A DNA stretch of 64,000 bases, taken from assembly GCA_036785375.1 (NCBI GenBank), contig JAWMAR010000129.1, positions 5,022,001 to 5,086,000 of the forward strand. Direction: 5' to 3'. Source of the DNA: Leucoraja ocellata (lineage: Eukaryota). Shown here one piece after another: positions 1-13,297 of this stretch (positions are counted from its first letter, which is position 1; each line of letters starts with the position of its first letter). A program made the translations under genes and the position numbers. A model generated the notes under the pieces. It saw only the letters and a program-made list of their open reading frames with translations. It was not told the DNA's origin and made no database searches.

Positions 1-270
1 TAGTGAGGAAACAGGCCTTCAACCCACTGAGTCCGTGGAGACCAGTGATCACCATGTACACGAAACACTATCCTACACACTCAATTTTATTGTAGCCAAT
101 CAACCTACAAACCTGTACGTCTTTGGAGTGTAGGAGGAAACTGCTGTACCCTGAGAATACCCACGCGGTCACATGGAGAACGTACAAACTCACCAACAGC
201 ACTCGTAGTCAGGATCAAACCTGGGTCTCTGGCGCTGTAAGGCAGCAACTCTACCACTGCGCCTCTGTGC
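1..270 (-). mobile_element. tRNA-derived SINE (HE1/V-SINE type)
   Basis: Reverse complement shows a tRNA-like head (GGCGCAGTGGTAGAGTTGCTGCC...GGTTTGATCC), the central core CTCCAAAGACGTACAGGTTTGTAGG and a CR1-like 3' tail. Confidence 0.8.
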
Positions 271-1071
271 AGCCCCTGGTGAAATTGTAGCGATTGCAAA
301 ATTGGAGTAGATGTTCCAGTCAGGATCATCTAATGAAGAAAGAATGTTTTTTTGAGGGGATTTAACTGCTGCAGAACTCATTTAAAGGTGTATCGGTGTT
401 CCCTCTGCACACAGGAAGGATTCTCTACAGCGGCCTGATTGACATTGTCACTGAATGTGTCCCCTTCCCATCCGAAGTCCACCTTCCTCTTCCTTGTAGC
501 TTTTTACTCTGTTGAGGATAGGACACAAACAACTCGTTTACTACACATTTACTGCTTTGGATGTAAATGTGTGGAACTGGCAAAGTTTACGGGGTGTGCA
601 AGAGATGAATGGCTTAATTGTACTCATGTGTGGTGTGATTTGACTGCATTTCAGGCAAACAAAACCTTTCACTGTACCTCAGCAAACATGGCAATAATAA
701 ACAAATACCAATAGCGACATTATAGCTTTGGATTTATTATGCTTGGAAGGTCACCTTGACACTTCGTGTGATAGATTGTCCCATTGTTCTTGGATTCTTT
801 CTCCTGGTACGTAGCTTTAATGTCTTTCTCTAAAATCAATTTGTTCCATTTGCATATCTTCCTCAGCCTCTCCTCTACATAGCAGCCATTTTGAGTATAG
901 CTGTTGTCTGGTTGCTATGGTGAGTGTACCATCCTTCTCCGGATTCTGCGCAGTAAAATAGTGCAGCTGCAGTATTCTGGGTGTGTTCTCATTGGGACCT
1001 ATACAGGCCATGATTTAATGCATCTAATTTGGGGGTAAAATCACATTTAACATAGAACAGTGCAGCATAGG

Positions 1072-2010
1072 AACATAGAAAATAGGTGCAGGAGGAGGCT
1101 ATTCAGCCCTTCGAGCTAGCACCGCCATTCTTTGCGATCATGGCTGATCGTCCCCTATCAATAACCCGTGCCTGCCTTCTCCCCATATCCCTTGATTCCA
1201 CTAGCCCCTAGAGCTCTATCTAACTCTCTTAAATCCATCCAGTGATTTGGCCTCCACTGCCCGCTGTGGCAGGAAATTCCATAAATTCACAACTCTCTGG
1301 GTGAAAACATTTTTTCTCACCTCTGTCTTAAATGACCTCTCCTTTATTCTGAGACTGTGGCCCCTGGTTCTGGACTCGCCCAACATTGGGAACATTTTTC
1401 CTGCATCTAGCTTGTCCAGTCCTTTTATAATTTTATATGTTTCTATAAGATGCCCCCTCATCCTTCTAAACTCCAGTGAAAACAAGCCTAGTCTTTTCAA
1501 TCTTTCCTCATATGACAGACACGCCATCCCAGGGATCAATCTTGTGAACCTACGCTGCACTGCCTCAATCACAAGGATATCCTTCCTGAAATTAGGAGAC
1601 CAAAACTGTACACAATACTCTAGATGTGGTCTCACCAGACCCCTATACAACTGCAGAAGAACCTCTTTACTCCTATACTGAAATCCTCTTGTTATGAAGG
1701 CCAACATTCCATTAGCTTTCTTCACTGCCTGCTGTACCTGCATGCCAACTTTCAGTGACCGGTGTACAAGGACACCTAGGTCTCGCTGTACCTAACCTAA
1801 CCCCATTGAGATAATAATCTGCCCCCTTGCATTTGCCGCCAAAGTGGATAACCTCACATTTATCTATATTATACTGCATCTGCCACGCATCTGCCCACTC
1901 ACTCAACCTGTCCAGGTGACCCTGCAACCTGCTAACATCCTCTTCACAGTTCACACTGCCACCCAGCTTTGTGTCATCCGCAAACTTGCAAGTGTTGCTC
2001 CTAATTCCCT
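1072..2010 (-). mobile_element. CR1 LINE, 5'-truncated (RT C-terminus and 3' UTR)
   Basis: ORFs 1216-1743 and 1712-1954 give CR1 ORF2 motifs ([38 protein letters not shown]); tail ends in TTTCTATGTT. Confidence 0.9.
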
Positions 2011-2313
2011 AATTCCTAATAGTGCAGCTTTGGCCCTATATGTCTGTGCTGAACATGATGCCAAGCTAAACTAATCTCCTCTGCCTGCACAGGATGGATC
2101 CATTCCCTGCAAATCCACGTGCTTCTTAGGTCATAAGTGATAGGAGCAGAATCAGGCCATTCGGCCCATCAAGTCTACTCTGCCATTCAATCATGGCTGA
2201 TCTAACTCTCCCTCCTAACCCCATTCACCCATAACCTCTGACACCCGTACTAATCAAGAAGCCTTTGAACATCACTATCATGTTTGCCTCCACCACCACC
2301 TTCCATGTGAAAA

Positions 2314-2481
2314 TCCTGAGGTAGACAAAAATGCTGGAGAAACTCAGCGGGTGAGGCAGTATCTATTTCGGCCCGAAACTTTGGCTATTTCCTTCGCTCC
2401 ATAGATGCTGCCTCACCCGCTGAGTTTCTCCAGCATTTTTGTCTACCTTTGATTTTCCAGCATCTGCAGTTCTTTCTTAAA
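2314..2481. mobile_element. Fold-back non-autonomous Penelope-terminus element with 10-bp TSD
   Basis: Inverted arms GTAGACAAAAATGCTGGAGAAACTCAGCGGGTGAGGCAG / CTGCCTCACCCGCTGAGTTTCTCCAGCATTTTTGTCTAC; CATGTGAAAA duplicated at 2304-2313 and 2482-2491. Confidence 0.75.
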
Positions 2482-2732
2482 CATGTGAAAAACCAGTCCT
2501 GGACATCTCCTTTCACCTTTGCCTCTTACATCTCGAAGCTATGCCCTATGGTCTTTGACATTTCCACCTTGGGGAAAATGGTTCTGACTGTCCACCCTAT
2601 CGATGCCACACTAACATTTTGCACACATGTTTGCAGCCAATACTGTGAGCCTTTTGAGGGGACACTATTCCGTGTTGGTTCTGTATGCCACCGCGGTTTA
2701 GCAGGTCAAAAGGGTGAAATCTGATTTGGACT

Positions 2733-3005
2733 GTGGAGATACAACAGAAACAGGCGCTTCGGCCCTCCGAGTCCGTGCCGACCAGCGATAACTCTGTACA
2801 CAAACACTGAGGAAAAATTACAATATTTACTGAAGCCAATTAACCTACAAACCTGTATGTCTTTGGAGTGTGGGAGGAAACCGGAGCACCCGGAGAAAAC
2901 CCACGAGGAAAACGTACAAACTCCGTGTGGGCGGCACCTGAGGATTGAACCCGGGTGTCTTGCTCTGTAAGGCAGCAACTCCACCGTTGCACCACCATGC
3001 CGCCC
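2733..3005 (-). mobile_element. tRNA-derived SINE (HE1/V-SINE type)
   Basis: Same head, core and tail as the other copies. Confidence 0.8.
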
Positions 3006-3214
3006 TCTGGGTGGTAGTTGGGTTTCTGACGCTTGTTAATCCCAATCCAGCGGGAAGTCTCTGGTCATCTCAGAGAAATCCGCCATGAGGCTGCCACATC
3101 ACTGATGGCTCTGCCCCTGATCAATGCTGTGGAGCAATCGTGTCCTGGGAAGTGGAAAACTCCTCTAATGTCATGTTTAACAAATGATGGCTATTGGAAA
3201 TTGATGAGGGCAAT

Positions 3215-3573
3215 TGATGGAGCATCCATCACCTATGGATGATATCAAATGCATTGACTACTGAGATGAGAAATAGGGGGTAGAATTTTAGTTCAAATGA
3301 CAGGTGGGGACTGGGAGCGAGCAGGTTAGTGAGAGATTTGAATGGAGTAAGAGAGATAATGCATCAGAAACGTTGTGCGACCCTCACCAGGTCTGTAGTT
3401 CTCAGGGTCGCACAACGTTTCTGATGCATTATCTCTCTTACTCCATTCAAATCTCTCACTAACCTGCTCGCTCCCAGTCCCCACCTGTCATTTGAACTAA
3501 AATTCTACCCCCTATTTCTCATCTCAGTAGTCAATGCATTTGATATCATCCATAGGTGATGGATGCTCCATCA
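3215..3573. repeat. Perfect inverted repeat, 170-bp arms with 19-bp spacer
   Basis: 3215-3384 is the reverse complement of 3404-3573; spacer CACCAGGTCTGTAGTTCTC. Confidence 0.95.
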
Positions 3574-5992
3574 GTGGAGAACTTCTGAGATCAGGACTTT
3601 ACAGTTGGAAGCCATAGTGCTCAAAGTAGTCATTAGCATTGAGAGAGATAGAAATGAACAGCTGATTGATTGAACAACTGAAAGGTACAGTATTTTTGGT
3701 GAATGTTAGCTTTTGGAATGGCCCAAGAACCAGACACACGTGTCCCTTCTTCAGACTGATTGTAGTTCCAACTTTCTCTGTCCCTACTACAAGGGTCCTG
3801 ACCTGAAACATCGCCTATCCATGTTTCTCGAGAGATGCTGTGTGACCTGCTGAGTTACTCCAGCGCTTTGTGTCTTCTTTGTATCCAGCATCTGCAATTC
3901 ATTGTGTCCATAGGAATAGCTGAGCCTGGAGGTAACAAAGGCATATATACTGACCTACTGATCGGTATGCAGAGGACGCCTTAAATTGAATAATAGGTCA
4001 CCCTTCAACACGGTTTCCTAATGAGGCACTTTCTCACACACTCATGACATAGACATTGCTAACAGAAGCTGCTGCCTTTAGCCTTTCAGATGTTGTTCTC
4101 AGTGGGAATTTAAATGTTCAATTCTTTGTATTTAAGGTATACACACAAATCAGGACACAACATGTCTTGAAGAGCGATTTAGAAAGGAATGATAGTTGTA
4201 CAGTTCCCTTTTATTTTTCACTACTGTGATGAGGAATGTTTGATGTTTGATGTAATTGCTGCTTTGCTCTGTGCAGGAGTGTAATTCTGTAGCTCATTAG
4301 GACCGATGCAAATATTATTCTGCAGAAATGAAATACGACCTGACAGCTGATGTTACGTCTGCCACGTTAAAGCAGTCGTACCGACCATAATTTACAGAGC
4401 CCAACAAAATATGTTATCTCATGTAAAATAATTCATCCAAACACATCAGTGGAACGATTCCTCACCAATCTTACATTCATTAGCATGCTGCATGAGTAAG
4501 TTGTGTAGAGTCAGATTGTTACCACATTTTCTGGCGAATAGCTTTACGTAGGGTCAAAATGTAACACCGTTTGAGTTTAGTTTAGTTTATTATCATCTTT
4601 TTACCGAAGTACAGTGAAAATATTTTATTGCGTGCTAACCAGTCAACGGACAGACAATACATGATTACAATCGAGCTATCCACAGTGTACAGATACATGA
4701 TAAAGGGATTAACGTGAATAATGTTTACAGTATATAATATATTCTTAACACTTCTTAGTCATAGAGTCATACAGCGTGGAAACAGGCCCTTCCATGCAAC
4801 CTGCCCATGCTATCCAACATACCCCATCTGCACAGGTCCCACCAGCCTTTACTTGGTCCATGATCACAATGAATGGGTCAAAGGGCCAAATGGCCTCCGC
4901 CTGCACCTATTTTCTATGTTTCTGTAACCCACTAAACCTATTCCTTCTCTCCAGAGATGCTACCTGTCCCGCTGAGTTACTCCAGCTTTTTGGGTCTATC
5001 TTAGGTTTAAACCAGCATCTGCAGTTCCTTCCTACACAAACCTATCCGATCTTTGTACCTGTCCAAATGTCTCCTAAACCTTATGATAGCACTTGCCTCA
5101 ATTACCTCCTCTGGCAGCTTGTTCCATATACTCACTACCCTTTATGTAAAAAGATTACCCCTCAGATTCATTTTAAATTTTTCCCGCTTCACCTTCTCAC
5201 CTTATCTCATAAACAATAGGATCAATATTTTTATTTCAATAAAAGTTAAAATGTAGTACCTGTATTAGAGGGGACAAATTAGGGTGAAGAGACACAGAAC
5301 TGGAAAGCATTTAGAGGAAGTTAAAAACTCAAAATCTGAAAATGCCTGATATGTAAATAGAACAGAACAGGACAGCAGTAGAACAGGCCCTTTGGCCCAA
5401 AATGTCCACACCAGAAATGATGCCAGGTAAAACCTAATCTCCTCCGCATGCACATGATCCACATCCCTCCATTCCCTGCATATCATTGTGATTATCTAAG
5501 AGCCTCTTAAACATCACTATTGTATCTGTTTCCACCACCACACCTGGCAGCATGTTCCAGGCACTGAACACGTCCTGTATTTAAAAAAAACCCAACCTTC
5601 AAACTTTGCCCCTCTCACCATAAAGCTATGTCCTCAAGCTACCGTTGCACCTCTGTTTAATTTTATTTAGTTTAATTTAGCTTAGTTTAGTTTGGTTTAG
5701 AGATACAACATAGAAACAGGCTCTTCGGCCCACCGAGTCCATGCCAACCACTGACCACCCGTTCACACACGTTCTATGTTATCCCACTTTCTCATCCACT
5801 CCCTAGGGGCAATTTACAGAGCCAAGTAACCTACAAATCCGCACGTCTTTGGTATGTGGGAGGGACACTGGCGTATTTAGTAAGAATTATGCCACAGAAA
5901 GCATGCAATGATGATGAAGGAAATGTCATACTTCGAAATTTGCTTCAATCTGACTATCGTCCATTAATTAGTCCAAGGAATGTGTAGTCGTA

Positions 5993-6270
5993 TGGCACCA
6001 CAGTGATGCGTGGTAGAATTACAGCGCCAGAGACCTGCGTTTAATCCTGTCTGTGAGTGCTGTCTGTACGGTGTTTGTAAGTTCTCCCTGTGATCACGTG
6101 GGTCTTCTCCGGGTGCTCTGTTTTCCTCTCGCACTCCAGAGATGTACAGGTTTGTAGGTTAATTGACCATTAAAATTGTAAATTGTCCCTATTGTATGAT
6201 AGTATAAGTGTATGGGGTGATTTCTGGTTGGTCGAAGGGCCTGTTTCCGCGCAGTATTTCTAAAGTCTAA
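5993..6270 (+). mobile_element. tRNA-derived SINE (HE1/V-SINE type), diverged
   Basis: Degenerate tRNA-like head, core GTACAGGTTTGTAGGTTAATTG, tail GAAGGGCCTGTTTCC. Confidence 0.7.
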
Positions 6271-7699
6271 AGAAAGGTCTCAACCCAAAAGGTTGCCTGT
6301 CCATTTCCCTCCACAAACTCTGCCTGACCCATTAAGTTCCTTCAAGTTTGTTTTTGCTTGAGATTCCGGTATCTGGAGTCTCCTGTGTCTCTGTAATGAA
6401 GAAACAAACAGAGAACTAGAGAACAAGAGGACCCTCCCTGATGAGGAAGTTATTGCAACCTCATTTAGCTAAATAAATATACCAAGCAAAGCTGGGCCAC
6501 CATGAACTGAATCGGCTTAATGGTGTTGATAAAAGTAACCCCATCATATGGAAAGATGTTGCATTAGGACGACAGTTCGCTAGAAGTACCAATATTTTTT
6601 TTAATAACTTTTCCAGCAGAACCTTGTATGTCCCTAGTGCTGGAGTTAAAGCATGTTGGCTTTCAACAGGTGAATGTGGAAAAACATTTTGCAAATACTT
6701 TATTGTTCATTTGGGGGGTTGTGAAAAAATCTGAAAAGGCTGCAAATCACTATATCAGTTGCAAGGTGGAAATTAAGCCAGTTACATTACCTTTCTTTAC
6801 TGAATAACAAATTTCAATTGCTAATGAAAAAATCACATGAGTTGAAAATAATTTGAATTTGACATTTATTGTAAAATTGGAAAATAGATTCTCCTTTTCA
6901 ATGTTATATTTCGTCCATTTCTTTTTTTCATTGATTCTTTTTTTTACAGGGTACTATGTTTACATATTCTGTTGTGGTACGTACGAATTTCATGGTTCTG
7001 TTTGGGACGCAGGACAATAAAACATTCTTGGTTTTGGACTCTTAAACTTGAAAAAGGAAAGACTATGTTTCATAACATATGGGCTGAGAAGAAACAACTG
7101 CTGGTTTCTCCATTTGAAGCTAATAAGGAAAAGGAACACCTAAATTAAACCCTTCAGTATCAGGTTAGGCGCATAAACTAGCATTTCCATTTCCCGACCT
7201 GCATTGTCAACCTGCCCATTCCCTCACACATGCTGCCTGATCCACTGAGTTCTTCCGACACTTTGTGTTTTGCTGACGATTCCAGCATCTGCAGTTCCTC
7301 CATTCCCATTTCTTCTCTTAGATGTTTATTTTTTGAGATGAAGTAGCCAGTTAAGTATTTCTTAATGCTTGGGTTAGTGATCTGGGCATACATTTAAATA
7401 TCATCAGGGGAAGTACTGAATTTAAATTCAGTTAAAAAATGACTTAGTGTCTTAAAATTTATCGTGTAAAATTAATGGTGTAGCTAGTTGTAAAAATATA
7501 TCTAGTTCATTGAAACTAAAACAGAAAATGTTGGAAGAACTCAACGGAAAATGGAAGTTCAAAAAACTGCAGATGCTGCGAAACTGAGACAAAAGCAGAA
7601 AATACTGAGACAATATTCAGGCAGCATCTGTGGAAAGAGAAACAGTCAACATTTTGGTCTGCGACCATTCATTGGAACTTTCCTTTAACCTTTAGAGAT

Positions 7700-7910
7700 A
7701 CAGGACCTCAGTCAGTTGCCTGATAACAGCTGGGAAGAAATAGTCCCTGAATCTGGACATATTTGTTTTCACACCAATATCTCCTGCCTGATGGGAGAGG
7801 GGAGAAGAGGGAATGACCAGGGTGAGACTGGTCCTTGATTATGTTGGTGGCCTTGCCAAGGCAGTGTGGAGTGTAGATGGAGTCATGGAAGGGAGGTTGT
7901 TTTGTGTAAA
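7700..7910 (-). mobile_element. Rex1/Babar-like LINE fragment
   Basis: Reverse strand reads ...SRFRDYFFPAVIRQL, a Rex1/Babar ORF C-terminal motif. Confidence 0.55.
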
Positions 7911-8119
7911 TGCATCAGTCGTCTGTATTGTAAAGGCAGTTTAACGGCTTTTATTTAAAAAATAACTAAGCTTCATAGTCCAGGAAGCCGCGAGGAACCA
8001 TGGCCTTCTTAATTTAACTTTGAAAACAAGATACGAGTTGAAGGAAATTGGAAATACATTTTTCATGCACACACAGACAGGAAGTACTTCAGTTTGACCC
8101 GAGGGAATGAATAGATGGT

Positions 8120-8480
8120 GGAATGACAGGATGACACGAGTTCATCCTGCTGCCCTCTGGAAGGCGCTATAGGTGCATCAAATCCAGGACAAACAGACTC
8201 AGGAATAGCTGCTTCCCGAGAATTATATCTACCATAAATTCAAATCCACACATGCACTGACTACACCGCCCAACACGGACTTCCATCTGTATATATGTAT
8301 ATATGTATGTAGCGCCGTAGAATTTGTGCACCTATTCCCCCCCCCCCATCTCCCTTCTGTTTTGTTTTTCTGTTTCTTGTTTTTTGTGTAAAATTGTATG
8401 TATGCACTGAGTACGAGCAGCTTTCAGTTTCACTGTACATGTATAGTGACAATAAATGGCATATCTATCATCTATATCTC
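8120..8480 (+). mobile_element. Rex1/Babar LINE 3' end
   Basis: Translates to LLPSGRRYRCIKSRTNRLRNSCFPRII, followed by GTGACAATAAA and a short tandem tail. Confidence 0.7.
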
Positions 8481-8969
8481 ATATCTTCATTAGAATTTAA
8501 CTTTCCTGGCACCCCTGTGTCTAACTGACCACAAGAATTACAAATTTACAACAAAGCAGCAACTATGATACCATGAAGTCAGGTCATCACCCAAAGCCTT
8601 TGAAACATTGGTTTTCAAATCCTTGCTGGAGTAATCTTTCAGAAGCTGATAAACCCAGAACCCATTGGTGATAGAAACATAGGTGCAGGAGTAGGCCATT
8701 CGGCCTTTCAAGCCAGCACTGCCATTCAATATGATCATAGCTATTCATCCAAAGTCAGTACCTCGTTCCTGCTTTATCCCCATATCCCTTGATTCCTTTA
8801 GCCCCAAGAGCTAAATCTAACTCTCTTGAATATTAGGAGTCATAAGTAAGGAGTCGTAGAGTAATACAAAATAGAAACAGTCTGAAGCTGGACACAAAGT
8901 GCAGGAGTAACTCAGCGGGTCAGGCAGCATCTCTGGAGGGAAGGAAGAGACAGTCAATTTAAACTCTTT

Positions 8970-9142
8970 ATCAAAGCCAACTAACCTGCAAAATTGTATG
9001 TCTTTGGAATGTGGGAGGAAACCGGATCATCTGGAGAAAACCCACGCGGTCACAGGGAGAACGTCCAAACTCCATACAGACCGTACCCATAGTCGGGATC
9101 GAACCCCGGTCTCTGGTGCTGTAAGGCAGCAACTCTACCACC
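8970..9142 (-). mobile_element. tRNA-derived SINE, partial
   Basis: GGTAGAGTTGCTGCCTTACAGC head and GGTTCGATCCC B-box on the minus strand. Confidence 0.75.
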
Positions 9143-9429
9143 TGACCTCTACTACCTGAGAGAAAGCATTGCACATTGGGGTGAAGAGTGTCGAATTAAC
9201 TTTATAGATTATCAAACATGGACACCCGCAGCCTCGTCATTTTTCATTATCGCTGTGGGTAAAAAACTTGACCAGGTGGAAACAGAACCATTCTGGCCTG
9301 TTGGCGGTGGACTTAAAGATGATGCAGCACAGAAACAAGTCTTTCTGCGCACTCTGATGCCTCCTTATGTTAATCCAATTTGCCTGCATTAGGTCCATGT
9401 CCCTCTACACTGCTCCAATCCAAATACCT

Positions 9430-10080
9430 GCCAGATTAGGTGGTATTAATTACAAGGAGAGGTTGGACAAACTTGGATTATTTTCTCTGGAACGTTGGAG
9501 TTGAGTGGAGTCCTGATAGAAGTATATAAAATTATGAGAGGGATAGATAGGGGAGATTGTCAGAACTTTTTTTCCCAGGGTGGAACACTAGAGGGCATAG
9601 CTGTAAGGTGAAAGGGGGAAAGTTTAATGGAGATGTGTTGGGCAAGTTTTTTTACACAGAGAGTGATGTGGGCCTGGAACACATTATCAGGGGTGGGGTG
9701 GTGGAAGCAGATGTGATAGTGACATTTAAGAGGCTTTTAAATTGGCATATTGGCATCAGAACCTTTCTTCCAGGATGGTAAAATCAAAAACTGGAAGGCA
9801 TAGCTTTAAGATGAGCAGGGCAAAATTTAAAGGAGATGTGCGGCACAAATTTTATTTTTACACAGAGGGCGGTGGGTGCCTGGAAGGTGTTGCCAGGGGT
9901 AGTGGTGGAGGCAGATATATTACTGGTGTTTTAGAGGCTTTTAGATAGGCACATGGTTATGCAGGGAATGGAGCGATACAATGCACGTGCAGGCAGAGGA
10001 GATCAGATTATCCTCCCGTTATTTCCCCATGGACATTGTGGGCCGAAGGGCCTGTTCCTGTGCTGTATGGTTGTATGTTC
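9430..10080 (+). mobile_element. Old CR1 LINE 3' fragments, partly duplicated
   Basis: Degenerate EERLDKLGLFSLE and TRGHS motifs, the latter region present twice; tail GGGCCGAAGGGCCTGTTCCTGTGCTGT. Confidence 0.7.
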
Positions 10081-11360
10081 TGCCTGTCCAAACGCCTTTT
10101 AAACAAAGTACATTCCACCCTGGCTATTACAGACCTCTATAGAACGAATTTCGGTTATAGCAGACCAAAGCATCCGTTCGTGGTGGAGGTTGGTTGGTGG
10201 GCGGCATACTGTGCAGCGTTGGGGAGAAAGCGGGCAGTAAAACACTCATGAAGATCGTGGCATTGGGCAGGGGTTTGCAGTTGCTGCCAGAAGCTGAGGT
10301 CCCATGGTGTTGGATACAGACACAGCCCACACCTCTACACCTGTGTCGCCCTGTCAATGCATGTCTCGGTCGCCCAGTAATGGTGCCAGGCTCCCGTTGC
10401 ACCGTACCCCACTTCCACTAGGTTACCCAATGCTGGAACGGAGAGAGTGAGCAGCATGAAGGCGGCAGGAATACAGTGCCCGGCCCCGGCGCACCGCCTT
10501 GTGGGGCTGTAATCACGTTGGAAGTAGGCGACAGGAAGCATAAAACAAAAGAACCATTTTCTTTATCAAATTCTACTTTTACATTGTCCAAAATCAAGCA
10601 AAATCCGAAATCTGATAAAGTTTGCTCCTGAAGATGCCAGATTTGTCCTCGTACTATTGTCTTGGTTTTTTTTTTGCATGCAGGCTTTTTCTTTAATTCT
10701 ATACTGTACATTTTTCAATATTGTCCCCGACTCTACATATCTGTGATAACACTGGAAACAAGATTTTCATTGTACCTGTACATGTGACAATAAACTCGAC
10801 TTGACCTGAAATAATAAAGCAATGTTTTGCATCTTTAGGGAAAAAAGGTGAGTGGGAGAAACGGGTTACATTGGGGGAACAGATGAGTGGTGGAATATTG
10901 CATTGGGGGAAAGGGGCCCAACGGGTCCTACTTGGTCTACTATCTATGTAATTTAAATTCTCATCTTGACCACTTCCTGTTTGCACGGAGCTTTGATTTT
11001 AGAAAAAAAAGCTACTACCACATGTGGCTGTGATTTTTTGGTCATCTTACTCAGAGTACTCCTCCGCTGCGCAGGCCCTGAGGATTTTTCTGATCAATGA
11101 AAAATAAAAGACTTATTAGTGTTTAAAAAATCTTGAGATTCTCTCTCCTGTCCATCGCCGCCATGAAGGCCACACCCCTTCCAGTGGGAGGGAGGAGGGA
11201 CTATAAAACCCAGATGTGTGGGCATGGCTCAGTCTGTCTGCAAGATGGTGAGGGAGAGGTCCCAACTCTCTGTCTGAGCTGGGAAACTACAGAATACTGT
11301 GAGTATGCAATGCACTTGAATAAATGATTTGTTAGCCCTTAACGAAACTTAAATTGAGTT

Positions 11361-11702
11361 GTTTGGCCTGTCCTGTGCTTGAAACTGCAATGGCAATGGA
11401 AATGAAGTGAAAATGCAATGAGCTGTTTGGCTTGGGCCTGCCCTGTGCTTGAAACTGCAATGGCAATGGGAATGTAGTGAAAATGCAATCAGCTGTTTGC
11501 TTCAGCCTGCCCTATGCTTGAAAGTGCAATGGCAATGGAAATGAAGTGAAAATGCAATCAGCTGTTTGGCTTGGTCTGCCCTGTGCTTGAAACTGCAATG
11601 GTAATGGAAGTGAAATGAAAATGCAATGAGCTATTCGGCCTGCCCTGTGCTTGAAACTGCAATGCAATTGGAAATGAAATGAAATTAGTTGTTTGGCCTG
11701 CC
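11361..11702. repeat. Minisatellite, about 5 units of 58-70 bp
   Basis: Unit core CCTGCCCTGTGCTTGAAACTGCAATGGCAATGGAAATGAAGTGAAAATGCAAT. Confidence 0.9.
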
Positions 11703-12929
11703 TGAAACCACTAATTTCGGCCCACGAGGCCCCTATTAACCGAGAAACCAGTCCCTTTTGCCCAAAATGCCTGCATTAGCCCAGGAGGAGCATTTTGGCC
11801 CAAAAGGCCCATGCCAGGCCAGGAGAAGGCCAGAAAAAGTGCCTTTCACTGAGATTACGCTCTGATTTTTTTTTTTAAAGAGCCCCTTCGGCCCATCAGG
11901 CCTGTACTAGCCCAGGAGTACCCCTGCAAGTATTAAACCTCACCCCAGTATTTTCCTCCCTCCCTTCACTTGCTCCCTGTGAGGTCCAGGCCAGGATAGA
12001 CTTTCCTCCTTCATTGCTGTGATCTGCCGAAAAATGGCTAAAATCGATCCTCCACCCTCTCCCCCTTCTCTCTCACAATCTCTCACCTGTTTTGGGCTGA
12101 ATTTCTGGCAGTTTCTGAGCAGCAGCCCACCAGACCCGAGTACCTGAGATACCAGCCCACCAGGCCCGAGTGACTGAGCTGCCAGCCCAAGAATCCATTC
12201 GGCCCACAATGTCCATACTATCCCATTGGAAATCAGTCCCTTCGACCCACATCACCCATACTAGTGCTCCAGAAAGCCCCCCCCCCCCCCCCCCCCCCCC
12301 CCGCCACTGGCCAACAATATTGGAATTGGTGGAGAGGTGGAATATTGCATTGGGGGACCATGCCTCCCCTGTGAACATGGGACCCAACTTAGTCTAGTAT
12401 ATTACTAAAACTCTCACCTTGTTTGTTTGTTTGTTTGTATGTGTGCGTGTCATGGACACTCCGCCAAAACGGTACACAATAGAGCTACAATTTTTGGCCC
12501 ACCTTACTCACCATTATCCTGGGGTGTGCATTAGCCAAGTTTCATTCAGATTGAAGTTATATTTTACATGTTATTGACATTTTAAACATTACAAAAAACA
12601 ACTTTATAAAACCACTTTTCCACTTCCCCTGCCTTTCAGCCGTATTCGACATTACAATGATGTCACAATTTGATCCCGAATTTCATTTACATTTAAAAAA
12701 TCGCGATTTTCACTGACATTGATGTTATTCTAAATAAAACTCCGTTTTAATCAAGTTTCATTAACAGCTAACATTGTGTTTAGGTTATTTTAATGAAAAA
12801 CGCGGTTTTCATTGAGAATTTCATTTTTTTCAAACATTGCGATTTTCATTGTGTGTGTGTGGGGGGGGGGGGGGGGATAAAGGGGTGGTTTCATTTTTTT
12901 AAATCGCAATTTTCATTGTGGGGGGTGGG

Positions 12930-13297
12930 ATAGTGGGGAGGTGAGGAGTGGGGGAGCAAGGGGATAGAGGGCGAGGGGGAGGGGGTAGGGAGGGAGAGGG
13001 AAAGGGAAAGTGGAGAAGGTGAGGAGGGAGAGTGGGGAGGAGGGGGAGATAGAGGGGGAGAGGGGTTATGGAGGGAGGGAGTATCTGAGGGTAGGGGACA
13101 GGAGGGAATGAGTGGGGGAGGAGGAGAGGGGAAAGAAGTGGGAGGGTGAAGAGGAGGGGGGGAATGGGGGAGGATAGGGGTAGGAAGATGGAAGGCGAGG
13201 CAATGGAGGAGCGGAGGGAGAAGGGGTTGAGGGGAGGAGGGTTGGTGGAGGGTGGGAGGATAATGGAGGAGGGGAATAGGATACTGAGGACGGAGAT
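12930..13297. repeat. Polypurine low-complexity tract (GA-rich)
   Basis: Nearly all G/A on the + strand. Confidence 0.85.

Noticed and set aside
6395-6472. Frame NEETNRELENKRTLPDEEVIATSFS* resembling a protein C-terminus
   Set aside because: No convincing splice acceptor, adjoins a TE fragment, and I recognise no homology.
11361-11702. CRISPR-like repeat with short variable segments
   Set aside because: The variable parts are small indels of one unit; this is an ordinary minisatellite inside a Helitron-like element.
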